The notes under the pieces were generated by a model, which was not told the origin of the DNA, did no database searches, and saw nothing but the letters and a program-made list of their open reading frames with translations. Made by a program: the position numbers and the translations under genes. This document shows, piece after piece, positions 48,472-58,616 of a stretch of DNA of 64,000 nucleotides; within the stretch, counting starts at the first letter, position 1; each line of letters opens with the position of its first letter. This DNA comes from Leptospiraceae bacterium. GTDB lineage: Bacteria; Spirochaetota; Leptospiria; Leptospirales; Leptonemataceae. The DNA lies in contig JAVJNR010000009.1 of NCBI GenBank assembly GCA_040217195.1, positions 32,001 to 96,000 of the forward strand, in the 5' to 3' direction.

Positions 48472-49329
48472 TCAGTTTCCGGATCCCGGGCCAAATCCTT
48501 GCTCGCTTTCGCTTGTGGGAAACCGACCTTCTGATGATGGAAATCGCGGTTCCGATTGGTCTTCCCGGGTTTCGCCGGAGGAGCCCGTAGCTGATTCCAG
48601 GTTCGCTACTGTATGGCTGGCTTTTTCCTGGGCTTCGGTAATTCCTGAAACGATCTTATAATACATCAATGCAAGAAAAATCTCCAGAGGAGCAAGCACG
48701 AGATCCAGATAACCGATTCCCAGTAGCTCATCTAGAGTTTCGGCTCGCATCCCCAATCGAAAGGAGATGGATCCACCAATATTGCTTATTACCCAGAGCG
48801 CCCACCAGCCAGCCATAAATCCGGGTACTGCTAGCGACTTCCAACTGGATCCGGTTCCACCATCTCTGGCAGAAATACTTGCCTGCCATAACTGCTTCAT
48901 GGCTTCATAGGGTTTCCAGTAATTGGCGATTGGCACAAAAAACCAGCCCACTGCCCAGCCTGGTGTAATGGTCATTCCTCGAGCGCCCAGCAGAGGTAAA
49001 TTCTTATGAGCCCGGACAATCCACATTATGGATGCGATGATGGTGGCCCAGTATACGATAATTACCATTATCGCAGTGAGGCCTATTAGTCCATCCTGCA
49101 AATCGCCCTCCTCCTGAATTGAGGAGGTCAGAGTCGTCTGTCCGTCCAATAAACGGGACACTACTACAACATATAGAAGATGCAGACCAGTCATGAGGAT
49201 GGCCAGAACCAGATAAGCTCTCAGAGAAATTTTCAGAAATCTCCCCGGGCCACCCAATGCATGAAAACCGTTTCCAGCTCCACGGGTATCCAGAGGTACA
49301 TTCACTTGATAGGGGTTGGATTGACTCAT
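48472..49329 (-). CDS. DUF4328 domain membrane protein
   Basis: WIVRAHKNL..TPGWAVGWFFVPIANYWKPY..LWQAS..WWALW. Confidence 0.85.
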   Translation of the reverse strand: MSQSNPYQVNVPLDTRGAGNGFHALGGPGRFLKISLRAYLVLAILMTGLHLLYVVVVSRLLDGQTTLTSSIQEEGDLQDGLIGLTAIMVIIVYWATIIASIMWIVRAHKNLPLLGARGMTITPGWAVGWFFVPIANYWKPYEAMKQLWQASISARDGGTGSSWKSLAVPGFMAGWWALWVISNIGGSISFRLGMRAETLDELLGIGYLDLVLAPLEIFLALMYYKIVSGITEAQEKASHTVANLESATGSSGETREDQSEPRFPSSEGRFPTSESEQGFGPGSGN

Positions 49330-49478
49330 AAAGAAGACCAAACCATAAAGATAACTTCATTGCTGACAAGCATTTACTGCAAAAGCAACTACCGTAATTG
49401 TATAGAAATTCCATTTTTCGAAAATCGACCGTAGGTGAAGAATCGGCGATCAGTGCGCAGTATGCTCCAGTTTCTTTT

Positions 49479-50939
49479 TCAGGAGAAATACCTTCGGATC
49501 ACCGAATGCAAATCCGTTAGTCTGGACGGTAGCTTCCCCCGATGAGCCTCCGCACCAATCATCAATGGTCCTTTGTAGAGTTCATTGAGTCGGCCATGGC
49601 TTCCTCGGACCAGATCCGGCCGAAGGGGGATCACATCCATTAGCATTCTAAAGCCCATCTTCTTTTTGAGGACTTTCCAGGCTATGCGAGACTTGAGAAA
49701 TGGCCTGGAATCTGTGAATAGTTCCACTGGATCATAACCGGGCTTTCGGTGAATGTCCACTGTGCGTGCAAAATCCGGAGCCAGATCTTCATCCAGCCAG
49801 TAGTAATAATTAAACCAGACTCCCGGCCGAGCCACAGCAACCAGGTCCCCTGCCCTTTGAGCAGCAACACCGGCCCATTTACCATCCAGAGCTCTAGATG
49901 AGATCTCTCCACCGGTAAGCCCTAGATTGCGCATACCCCGTCGGTCCAGCACCGTTTCCACTCCCTGGATTCCCTCCAGGAAAGTCTGGACTTCTTTGAT
50001 TCTGCTACGATCCCGAACATATACGTGGGCTATCTGATGATCTGCCACTGCGAAAGCGGTACTGGAACCTGTATCCAGGAGCTCTGTTTTCAAGGAATCC
50101 CGGACGCTTAGAAAACCGGCTTTTCTCAGTTCCTGATTGATTGAAATGCTACTGTGAACCGGACTTATACCATATTCTGATACTATCATGCTATCGCAGC
50201 CCTGATCGCCCAGCTCATGTACCAATTCACCTACCACCGCATCGATTTGCCTTAAGTCTTTGCGAATATCCGGATGGGCGGGTCCCAGCTTCTGCAAATT
50301 GTAATCCAGGTGCGGAAGATACACTAACTGAAGGTTTGGTCTATGAATACGAAATTCCTCCACGGCACATCGTCCAATCCACTGACTGGCTTCAATGCCG
50401 GAGCGAGGCCCCCAGAAAGAGAAGAAAGGAAATTTGCCTATCTTTGATTCAATATCACGATGAAAAGCCGGACTGGAATAAACATCAAAATCCTTTCGCC
50501 CATCGGCGCCGTAATGGGGTTTGGGAGTCATGGAATAGTCTACCGTGGTATTCATGTTATACCACCAGAATAGATTTGATGTGCGAAATCCAGGAAGCTT
50601 TCTGCCCAGGGTTTGCCAGATCTTTTCGCCTCGGACCAGCTCATTGGACTGTTTCCAGAATGCGATTTCATCCTGTTCGCGAAAGTACCATCCATTGCCA
50701 ACAATTCCATGATCCGCTGGTTGCAATCCTGTAAGCATGGAACTCTGGGCTGTAGTTGTTACCGATGGGAAAACTCCCTGCACAGGCTGCAAAAATCTCT
50801 GTGCGGCAAGATTCTTTAAATTCGGTGTATCTTCGCCTATCAATTCAGGAGTTAAGCCAACTACGTTGATGACGGCCAGATGCTTCTGTAGCGGATCCTT
50901 TCCAGAGTTGCGCTTCACGATGGATTCATTCTTTTTCAT
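49479..50939 (-). CDS. eboF: alkaline phosphatase/nucleotide pyrophosphatase family protein EboF
   Basis: NVVGLT, PSVTTTAQ, HGIVGNGWY, YLPHLDY, SEYG, VDIHRKPGYDPVEL, GSHG; ebo context. Confidence 0.88.
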   Translation of the reverse strand: MKKNESIVKRNSGKDPLQKHLAVINVVGLTPELIGEDTPNLKNLAAQRFLQPVQGVFPSVTTTAQSSMLTGLQPADHGIVGNGWYFREQDEIAFWKQSNELVRGEKIWQTLGRKLPGFRTSNLFWWYNMNTTVDYSMTPKPHYGADGRKDFDVYSSPAFHRDIESKIGKFPFFSFWGPRSGIEASQWIGRCAVEEFRIHRPNLQLVYLPHLDYNLQKLGPAHPDIRKDLRQIDAVVGELVHELGDQGCDSMIVSEYGISPVHSSISINQELRKAGFLSVRDSLKTELLDTGSSTAFAVADHQIAHVYVRDRSRIKEVQTFLEGIQGVETVLDRRGMRNLGLTGGEISSRALDGKWAGVAAQRAGDLVAVARPGVWFNYYYWLDEDLAPDFARTVDIHRKPGYDPVELFTDSRPFLKSRIAWKVLKKKMGFRMLMDVIPLRPDLVRGSHGRLNELYKGPLMIGAEAHRGKLPSRLTDLHSVIRRYFS

Positions 50940-51024
50940 AGTTGTTGCGATAGTTTCGGATTTAGACCGATTCGGTCATCGTCGACATAGATCTAATGCA
51001 CTGATCGCTTCTGAATTGGTACTT

Positions 51025-52374
51025 CTATTCCAGGAGCTTTCGACGCTCCAGCTCTTTTTCCAGATACTGAAATTCCAATTGAATAGCTTCAATTACATTC
51101 TCATATCGATTTCGAATTCCGGGCGGCAAAACGGTCCAGGTATAGGTTTCAATTTCAAGAATTGGCCTGGCCTGGCTTTCCATTAAGAAATCCAGAGCTT
51201 CTTCAATCTGCTTTCGCGTTGTGAACAGATATCCATCCGAAGTGTCGCTTTGTTCCAGGTCATTCAGATGAATGGGAACATGATAGTGGATTCTCCAGGT
51301 TTCACGATCTTTAAATCCGCCTCCGGGACCGGACCTGGATTCTTTTTCATTCAGTGCCATGGGCAGATCCAGAAATCGCTGCAAGCTGCCAGACACGGAC
51401 CGGCTCTGACCCTCATTGGCGGCCGGTGTCTGACTTTCCAGAGAACCAGAATAGACAGAGGTCTGATGTAAATAGCGTTCATCGCAAAATGGACTTAGCC
51501 TGTCTATGATCAATTGCTCCTTCGCCGCCGGATCTTCCGCAGATTTCGCCCCAGGCCATCTTACTTCGATGGCGCTGGAAATCTGGATCTTGAACACTGG
51601 AATTCCTGCTCTATGCAAAGAGCGTAGCGAGAAGCCAATGTCCTCAAACATAACAGCCTGATGGCAAACATCATAGCATACACCCAGATGAGAGATTGAA
51701 TTCGCATTTCGATGTTCTTTGTCTGAATTCTGGTTCGAACGATTATCATTGCTGGCAGCGAAGTCCCGGAGACGGTCCCAGAACTGAATTAGTTCATCCG
51801 TCGCTTCCAGTGCGCAGCCAGGCTCCATTTCCAGGCATATAGAAATATCCACTCCAGAATCCTTATTTACCTGTTCCAGGCGATTCTGTATTTTTATAAG
51901 ATTTGCCAGGGCATCCTGTTCTTTTTCGAAAGACCAGGATGCCTTAAATCCCAGAGGCACAGTGGATATAGCACAATGCCGAAAACCCGCCGGAGCTTCC
52001 TGGAGTGCCTCTGCAGCCAGGTTCACCAGCATCATTGAATACTCGAGACGATCCGATTCAGACCAGTCCGGCTCATATACGGTTTCCTTAACACGGCTGT
52101 CATGAAATCCGCCAAACGGAAAACCATTGATCGATACAGGCCAGAGATTTTCCTTTTTCAGTGTCTCTATATATTTCTTACGAAGCCCGGGATCCTGTAG
52201 CTCTCTGGCCGCACGATCACTGATCCAGATTCCGGCAGACATTACATCCAGACCTCGATCCTGGCGAGTCTGGCCAACGTAGCGACGCAGATTCTGGATT
52301 ACAGATTCTGCGCTTTCTCCGGGATGGACATTGCTACAATAAGTCAGTTCCGATTTTTCTATTCTGGAGATCAA
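51025..52374 (-). CDS. eboE: metabolite traffic protein EboE (xylose-isomerase-like barrel)
   Basis: YCSNVHPGE, NGFPFGGFH..VKETVYEPDW, EMEPGC, DVCHQAV, YLHQ, WRIHYHVP, EIETYTW. Confidence 0.9.
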   Translation of the reverse strand: MISRIEKSELTYCSNVHPGESAESVIQNLRRYVGQTRQDRGLDVMSAGIWISDRAARELQDPGLRKKYIETLKKENLWPVSINGFPFGGFHDSRVKETVYEPDWSESDRLEYSMMLVNLAAEALQEAPAGFRHCAISTVPLGFKASWSFEKEQDALANLIKIQNRLEQVNKDSGVDISICLEMEPGCALEATDELIQFWDRLRDFAASNDNRSNQNSDKEHRNANSISHLGVCYDVCHQAVMFEDIGFSLRSLHRAGIPVFKIQISSAIEVRWPGAKSAEDPAAKEQLIIDRLSPFCDERYLHQTSVYSGSLESQTPAANEGQSRSVSGSLQRFLDLPMALNEKESRSGPGGGFKDRETWRIHYHVPIHLNDLEQSDTSDGYLFTTRKQIEEALDFLMESQARPILEIETYTWTVLPPGIRNRYENVIEAIQLEFQYLEKELERRKLLE

Positions 52375-53256
52375 CTAACCCTCTACGGTTGGTTCCTGGC
52401 CTCGGAGCGCGGAGTTATCCATCCATAACCTGGTCTGGTCCACTCTGGGGCGCTGAACCTCTTCAATGGAAATGCGACCACTGAGCGCATAAAAATTGAT
52501 CGGGTTTTCGAAAAGCACTGTGCGAATCTCCGAATCGCTAAATCCAGCTTCCTTCATCGCATGGCCGGTTTTTGGCACCTTTAGAGGATCGCTGACGCCC
52601 CAGTCTGCTGCGCTATTAACAACCATCTTCCTGGTTCCGTATTGCTGAAGCAATTTGACCATTCTATCTTCGCTCATTTTAGTCTTTGGATAGATGGAAT
52701 GTCCACGCCAGCAATCTGTTTCCAGAACCAGCGGTAACGTCTGTTCATTTAGATGATCGATAAGCACCATATTCTCTTCAATGCCCACTTCCTTTACTAT
52801 CTCGATGATCCGGCGGGTACCGCTTAGCTTATCTCGATGAGGGGTATGAATCAATGCAGGCAGCTCCATTTCCATGGCCAGTTCTAGCTGCTTTCTCAAA
52901 AATCGCTCTTCAACCTCCGTGCCATCGTCCAGGCCAATTTCGCCTACAGCTACCACACCATCTTTCTCGCAATATCGTGGAAGGAGTTCCATAACAGACT
53001 CGGCCAATTCAAGATTATTGGCTTCTTTTGGATTCAATGCCATGGTGCAATAATGTAGAATGCCGAACTGACTGGCCCGAAACCGTTCCCAGCCCACCAG
53101 GGCATCGAAGTAGTCTATAAAGGTGCCCACATGCGTTCTGGGCTGTCCTTGCCAGAATGCAGGCTCTACGACTCCGATGATTCCAGCTTTTGCCATCGCT
53201 TCGTAGTCATCCGTAGTTCGAGAAATCATGTGAATATGTGGATCAAAGTATTGCAT
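52375..53256 (-). CDS. eboB: TatD-family hydrolase EboB
   Basis: DPHIHMISRTTDDY, EPAFW, LNPKEAN, GEIG, HTPHRDK, NSAADWG; GGAGG RBS. Confidence 0.9.
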   Translation of the reverse strand: MQYFDPHIHMISRTTDDYEAMAKAGIIGVVEPAFWQGQPRTHVGTFIDYFDALVGWERFRASQFGILHYCTMALNPKEANNLELAESVMELLPRYCEKDGVVAVGEIGLDDGTEVEERFLRKQLELAMEMELPALIHTPHRDKLSGTRRIIEIVKEVGIEENMVLIDHLNEQTLPLVLETDCWRGHSIYPKTKMSEDRMVKLLQQYGTRKMVVNSAADWGVSDPLKVPKTGHAMKEAGFSDSEIRTVLFENPINFYALSGRISIEEVQRPRVDQTRLWMDNSALRGQEPTVEG

Positions 53257-53328
53257 AAAACGGTTCCTCCAATGTCTTCCAGTTTAGTCCGGCGAAAACC
53301 GGTTTGCAGGCCTTGCTGCGGTCTGGAT

Positions 53329-54174
53329 CTATTCCAGTATCAAGCGAATGCTTCCAGGAACAGTTCTGCCTGCTGCCTCTCTTTCTTCCCTAAAGTCATG
53401 CGCCATCTGGATCAGGGCAGCGGTAGTCCTACCGGCCAATCCCTGGACCCTGGATATGTCCATTTCCAGGAAGAGAGCCTTCAGCACCATCTGATTGAAC
53501 TCGGACTCTTCAAAGTATATACAGGGATAGGGATTGCCCATTGCAACCGAAGCAAATAGATCCAGGCTGTTGGTCCTGCATGCATCCACACACACCGAAC
53601 GGAGCCGTCCATTCGGGTCCAGTAGCAGGATGCCTTTCATAATGGCACATTTCTCTTTTTCGTCGCCTCTGCGAAATGCTTCTTTCACTATTTGCTCAGA
53701 ACCGGAGCGACCATACATACAACTGAGAAGTAGAAGAATCCTGGCTACATCGGAAACGTCCCAGCCCGCGGTTTCCCAGGAAGATCCAGACAGGAGAGCG
53801 GAGGGCTCGCTCCATTCAAGGATAGAATAAGGGATCTGCAACTTCACCGGATGATGGCCCACTTTTCTTCTGGCAGCCGCCATCCTGCGATCCAGTACGG
53901 AATACAGATCCGGCTCGAACAGTACCTCTTGAAGCCAGTGCCTGCCTGTCTCTTCCAGATGAGCCGTGAGACTTTCCAGTAACCAATCATAAACTCCATT
54001 TTTTTCCCGTTGAATCGCCATGGAAACAACCAGATTGGAAGACTGCACCTTCCCCGGAAAGAAAAAGCTTCCCCTGGGAAACGGCCGATTTATCCGAACG
54101 ACGGAGCCGCCGTTGCCTGCCATGTGGACCCGCATTGAATTGTGCCGGACCGGCGCCTTCCCTGGGCGTATCAT
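53329..54174 (-). CDS. eboA: EboA domain protein (start may be 54021)
   Basis: ARILLL..GDEKEK..ACRTN..NPYP..FNQMVLKALF..EREAAGR. Confidence 0.88.
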   Translation of the reverse strand: MIRPGKAPVRHNSMRVHMAGNGGSVVRINRPFPRGSFFFPGKVQSSNLVVSMAIQREKNGVYDWLLESLTAHLEETGRHWLQEVLFEPDLYSVLDRRMAAARRKVGHHPVKLQIPYSILEWSEPSALLSGSSWETAGWDVSDVARILLLLSCMYGRSGSEQIVKEAFRRGDEKEKCAIMKGILLLDPNGRLRSVCVDACRTNSLDLFASVAMGNPYPCIYFEESEFNQMVLKALFLEMDISRVQGLAGRTTAALIQMAHDFREEREAAGRTVPGSIRLILE

Positions 54175-55121
54175 GTCACTGCGAATCTGCCAGAAAGAGC
54201 TCTTGCCGGCCAGAGCAGCAGTAGCACTGCTCCTGCTGCAAGCACGCTTTCCATCCAGTCCGTTCCTGCAGAAAGCACAAGCAACGCATCCAGAGGGATG
54301 ATACCCAGAACCATCATCTTGATGATAGACTGTATAGTACCACTACGAAAATCCCTGCTCAGGGCGAATAGTCGATAAATAAGATAGATTAAGCCGGATG
54401 CCAGGGCAACCAGACCCCACCATCCCCGGAGCACCTCAGCATCATAGAGAACTATTACAGAGGCAGCGCAAAGGAATAGACCAGAAATGGACACATACAG
54501 AGGCCATCTTCGCCGGGCCTCGGTCTCTTCTTTACTCAATATGGTAAGCGAGAATACATAAAGAAATATCGGTACAGGAATCAGAAGAATCGTTTGCAAT
54601 ACTTGAGGCACATGTCCCAGTAAAAGCCCTGACTGTATACCCTGCAGTGAAGAAGTTGCATTAAAGAGAAAGCTGATTCCAAGAAACCAGTTCAAATAGC
54701 GACATAGACCCATCATCAATGAGCCAGAAAGGCCCTCTTTCAGAATTCGATTGTACACCAGAATAGATAGTGCAAGCAACCCTGCCACCGTCGCAGAAGC
54801 AATCCCCTGAAATGCAGCGAAAATCCAACCGCAAAGTAGAAGGTAGAAGCCCATTAAACCGGCGGCCCTGGAGGAGATTCTGCCCCTGGGAATCGGGCGT
54901 TCCGGTCTTTCCAGGGCATCCCGGGATTGATCAAAAAAATCGTTCAGTACCATGCCACCGTAGTAGAAGCATATCGTGGAAAGTACCAGAAATCCCGGAA
55001 ATGGAAGCCAGCCTTTCCAGGCAGAGATTATGAAATAGGCAGCGAGAATGTTGGAAATGGCCGTAAATCCATTAGCCAATCGCATCAATGAAGCCCATGT
55101 TTTCAGTGTACTCAGTATCAA
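54171..55121 (-). CDS. eboC: UbiA-family prenyltransferase EboC
   Basis: LMRLANGFTA, YYGGMVLNDFFD..DALERPERPIPRG, MGLCRYLN, IIPLDA. Confidence 0.9.
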   Translation of the reverse strand: MILSTLKTWASLMRLANGFTAISNILAAYFIISAWKGWLPFPGFLVLSTICFYYGGMVLNDFFDQSRDALERPERPIPRGRISSRAAGLMGFYLLLCGWIFAAFQGIASATVAGLLALSILVYNRILKEGLSGSLMMGLCRYLNWFLGISFLFNATSSLQGIQSGLLLGHVPQVLQTILLIPVPIFLYVFSLTILSKEETEARRRWPLYVSISGLFLCAASVIVLYDAEVLRGWWGLVALASGLIYLIYRLFALSRDFRSGTIQSIIKMMVLGIIPLDALLVLSAGTDWMESVLAAGAVLLLLWPARALSGRFAVT

Positions 55122-56518
55122 CTTGCACTTCCGATATCAGATTCAGATTTATTCTCAGAATTTTTTTCAGGTTCAGATTTAGTTTCAATTTTTCCGGGCA
55201 ATCCACCCTCACCGTTGATATGCACTCTACGATCCTCCGGCTTCGCAAACCGGGCCTGCAGGTATTGCAGGGATTCATGCATTTTCCTGGCATCGATGGT
55301 ATGCACTTCTCTGGCCTGGCCAGTCGCTTCCAGTAACGTTATGCACAGTTCGCCACCAAGATGCTCCCGGAACTCCTGCAACGACTGTTCAATGGACAGT
55401 TGATTCCAGAACTCCGTATATAAAGGAAACTCCAGTAATCGCAGCAGCGACAGAACTCGATTAACTTCCTTTTCTTCCAGAATTCCCATTTTCCAGGAAT
55501 AGATAGAGTCCAGGGCCATACCCATGGCCACCGCTTCCCCATGCCGAATACTATGACCGGAGAGTTCTTCCAGCTTATGCGCCGACCAATGACCAAAGTC
55601 CAGAGGCCTTGCAGAGCCGCTTTCAAATGGATCCCCTCCTCGGCTGATCTGATTTAAATGTAATTCCGCACAGCGAAAAATCAAATGTTCAAGAGCCCAG
55701 CTCTCAAAACGCCCCAGTTGACCTGCATGGGCTTCCATCCACTGAAAAAAAGCTCCGTCCCGAATTAAAGCCACCTTGATAGCTTCTGCCATCCCGGCCC
55801 GTTTATCTCTGTCCGAAAGGCTGTCCAGGAATGCGAAATCATTTATAACTGCATTCGGTGGAGCAAAGCTGCCAATAAAGTTTTTTCGGCCAGCGAAATT
55901 CATTCCGTTCTTGACTCCCACCGATGCATCGTTTTGAGCCAGTACGGTTGTAGGGATGCGAATCAATCGAATCCCGCGATGAGCGGTGGCTGCTGCAAAT
56001 CCAGCTACATCGATGAGGGCTCCACCTCCTATGGCCAGAATGTAGGAGTGACGGTCAATCCTCTGCCGGGCAACGGCTTCATAGATAGAAGTTAGATGCG
56101 AAAATTCGTTCTTACAGGCCTCACCTCCGGGCAACACAATAGTTTGCCCAGGACCAGGATCGATGGAATGATAGTTCTTGAAATAGCTGTACAGTTCTTG
56201 TTGCAAACCCGGCCGTGCTTCCAGCAATCCGGCATCCAGGATAATCAGATATCGCACCGGCCGCCTATTTCTGGTCCGCGCCATGTCCTGTAGCGATGTG
56301 CTGTCAGACGAAATACTCAGTTCGGAGGAAGTGGCATCCAAACCAGGTATTGACTCTTTCTCGTTTGGCAATTCTGCACCCTTCAGTTCCATGGCTCTTG
56401 CCAGAAGATCATTGGCCGGGTCCAGAGCATTCCTGGTGAAGTACACCGGATAGCTATGTTCCATGCGAAAGGAAGGATTGAGAGATTCTATGGACTGTTT
56501 TTCGCCGGAGGATGGCAT
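55118..56518 (-). CDS. eboD: 3-dehydroquinate synthase-like sugar-phosphate cyclase EboD
   Basis: GGEACKN, GGGALID, PTTVLAQNDASVGVKN, EAIKVAL, ARPLDFGHWSAHKLE, HGEAV. Confidence 0.88.
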   Translation of the reverse strand: MPSSGEKQSIESLNPSFRMEHSYPVYFTRNALDPANDLLARAMELKGAELPNEKESIPGLDATSSELSISSDSTSLQDMARTRNRRPVRYLIILDAGLLEARPGLQQELYSYFKNYHSIDPGPGQTIVLPGGEACKNEFSHLTSIYEAVARQRIDRHSYILAIGGGALIDVAGFAAATAHRGIRLIRIPTTVLAQNDASVGVKNGMNFAGRKNFIGSFAPPNAVINDFAFLDSLSDRDKRAGMAEAIKVALIRDGAFFQWMEAHAGQLGRFESWALEHLIFRCAELHLNQISRGGDPFESGSARPLDFGHWSAHKLEELSGHSIRHGEAVAMGMALDSIYSWKMGILEEKEVNRVLSLLRLLEFPLYTEFWNQLSIEQSLQEFREHLGGELCITLLEATGQAREVHTIDARKMHESLQYLQARFAKPEDRRVHINGEGGLPGKIETKSEPEKNSENKSESDIGSAS

Positions 56519-56643
56519 TGATATCAAGTATTCAATTCCTGGGCCTGGAGCAAAGAAAAAACCCGGCCTGCCAATTAATTCGCAAAAATAGTAAGTGGAA
56601 AGGACTTCCACGGCCCGTCCCCTCAGATACAGGTGGATCGCAT

Positions 56644-58587
56644 ATGGATGAGCTACAAAGGGAAAGTGAAAATTCGGAAAAAGGACTGGCAAGATTCAGC
56701 ATAACGGCACGACTTTTGATGGTGGTCGGACTTCTATGTTTGGCCTACCCTTTCCTGATATTCCTTCTGGTTATCGAACAGAATCGAGCCATCGACTTTG
56801 CGAATAAGGAAATACTGGGTGCCGGCTACCTTGATCAGGGAATTCCTGTATTGATCTCCCTCACCCAAAGAGATCTGGGGTTTTCTGAAATTACGGTACT
56901 ACCGGAATCCCTGAAGAAAGCTCACTCCGACCAGGGCGCAGCTCTGGATGTTGAAAAGCAATTTCAGGACCTGGCCCGACTTGATGCAGAGGCATTCGAG
57001 AAGGGTCGGGCTCTGGTCAAACGAATTGGGGATCAGTCCAACCTCATCCTGGACCCGGATCTGGACTCCTATTACTTGATGGACATTGTTCTGCTTCGCA
57101 TCCCGGAACTAATCAGTATAACTCGAGATCTGGAGCTGGCCAGAAAAGCAGAGGATGAATATGCAATTCGCACCCAGCAAACCCTGCTAGATTCCAGCCT
57201 GGAAAGTGTGCAAGACTCCATGGGCACCGCTTTCGAAGAAAACTCAAAAACCGCCGAGTTACTGAAACCGGTATTTCAGGAATTTCTTGAGGCAGCCCGA
57301 AGGTATCGCAACAGTGAAGGTACCCGAACGGCCACTGAATCCTGGCTCAAATCCTTACAGGACTTCCTCCATCCTGCGAATACAGAACTGCAGAGACTGC
57401 TGGAGGCTCGTATTTCTGGATTCAGGTACGAGCAAATGCTGAAGCTGGTCAGTATAACCATTGCTCTTTTTATTTCCTTCGTAGTTCTATGGCGAGTCAT
57501 CCTTTCCATGGTCAGACCAATTCGCGCCCTGGAATCCAGAATGGAAGACTTGAGTCAGGGCGAAGGGGATTTAACTCTTCGACTGGATGCGAATCAGAGT
57601 AGCGAAATTGGAAGATCGGCCGGATATTTTAATCGTTTCGCAGAGAGGCTTTCTGGATCCATCCGGGGCATTGGATCGGTGGCAGTATCAATTGAAGATA
57701 ATGGGAACATTTCTATGGGAACGGTGGATATGATCAGTACCGGCTTGCAGGATCAGGCAGCATCGCTGGAGCAGATTTCGGCAGCCATGGAAGAAGTTAG
57801 TGCCTCTGCAGACAGAGTAAACTCCTCTATGGATGAGGAGAAGTCCCGGCTTACCGAGTTGCAAACATCTATGAAAAAGCTGCGAGCTTTATCCGATAGT
57901 CTCGAAGAGCAAATCAGAAATGGTAGCAATCAAGCCCAGCAGCTGGCCGGCGATGCCCAGGAAGGTACTCAGGAAATGAAAAATGCTAGCACGGAAATGG
58001 AGGCAATCGTGCGAAACACCCGGGAAATGTCCACAATTGGAGTCGAAATCCAGGAGATCGCAGAACGTATCAATCTACTGGCCTTGAATGCATCCATTGA
58101 GGCTGCAAGAGCAGGCGAATATGGTAGGGGATTTGCGGTTGTAGCCTCGGAAGTATCACGTCTGGCCGATCGCACAAATGAAAGTATTGTCCGGATATCA
58201 TCCATGATGAAAGAAAATGGAATGCGAGTCGAGACAAGCACGGCTGTGATCGAAAATGCTGTAAAGAGAGCACTCAGAATGAGCGAAGGAGTGCTGGAGT
58301 TGAAATCAGCCCTGGTGCAAGTGGCTGAAGAATTGCCGCAGCAGGAATTGATTCAGATGCAGACTAAATCCAACCTGGACATGCTGGAAGATCAAACAGA
58401 ATTGATCTATTCGATTGTAAGCGAGCAGAAGAAGGCCATCCAGGAAGCCTCAGATACCATTGGACAGATCAACAATGCAGCTCAGAAACATGCAGAAGCT
58501 TCCAGGCACCTTTCGGAACTATCAGCCCAGAATGTGGAGCTGGCCTCCCGGCTAAAGCAACAAACTACATGGTTCAAAACAGAATAA
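56644..58587 (+). CDS. methyl-accepting chemotaxis protein with periplasmic sensor and HAMP
   Basis: SNLILDPDLDSYYLMD sensor, [39 protein letters not shown]. Confidence 0.93.
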   Translation: MDELQRESENSEKGLARFSITARLLMVVGLLCLAYPFLIFLLVIEQNRAIDFANKEILGAGYLDQGIPVLISLTQRDLGFSEITVLPESLKKAHSDQGAALDVEKQFQDLARLDAEAFEKGRALVKRIGDQSNLILDPDLDSYYLMDIVLLRIPELISITRDLELARKAEDEYAIRTQQTLLDSSLESVQDSMGTAFEENSKTAELLKPVFQEFLEAARRYRNSEGTRTATESWLKSLQDFLHPANTELQRLLEARISGFRYEQMLKLVSITIALFISFVVLWRVILSMVRPIRALESRMEDLSQGEGDLTLRLDANQSSEIGRSAGYFNRFAERLSGSIRGIGSVAVSIEDNGNISMGTVDMISTGLQDQAASLEQISAAMEEVSASADRVNSSMDEEKSRLTELQTSMKKLRALSDSLEEQIRNGSNQAQQLAGDAQEGTQEMKNASTEMEAIVRNTREMSTIGVEIQEIAERINLLALNASIEAARAGEYGRGFAVVASEVSRLADRTNESIVRISSMMKENGMRVETSTAVIENAVKRALRMSEGVLELKSALVQVAEELPQQELIQMQTKSNLDMLEDQTELIYSIVSEQKKAIQEASDTIGQINNAAQKHAEASRHLSELSAQNVELASRLKQQTTWFKTE

Positions 58588-58616
58588 TCCGGAGAAAAAT
58601 TCAGCAGGCACAGATC

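Noticed and set aside
50141..50734. 197-aa plus-strand ORF
   Set aside because: Antisense to eboF; atypical composition
55118..56518. Housekeeping aroB
   Set aside because: ARPLDFGHWSAHKLE signature and ebo context fit EboD; no other shikimate genes adjacent
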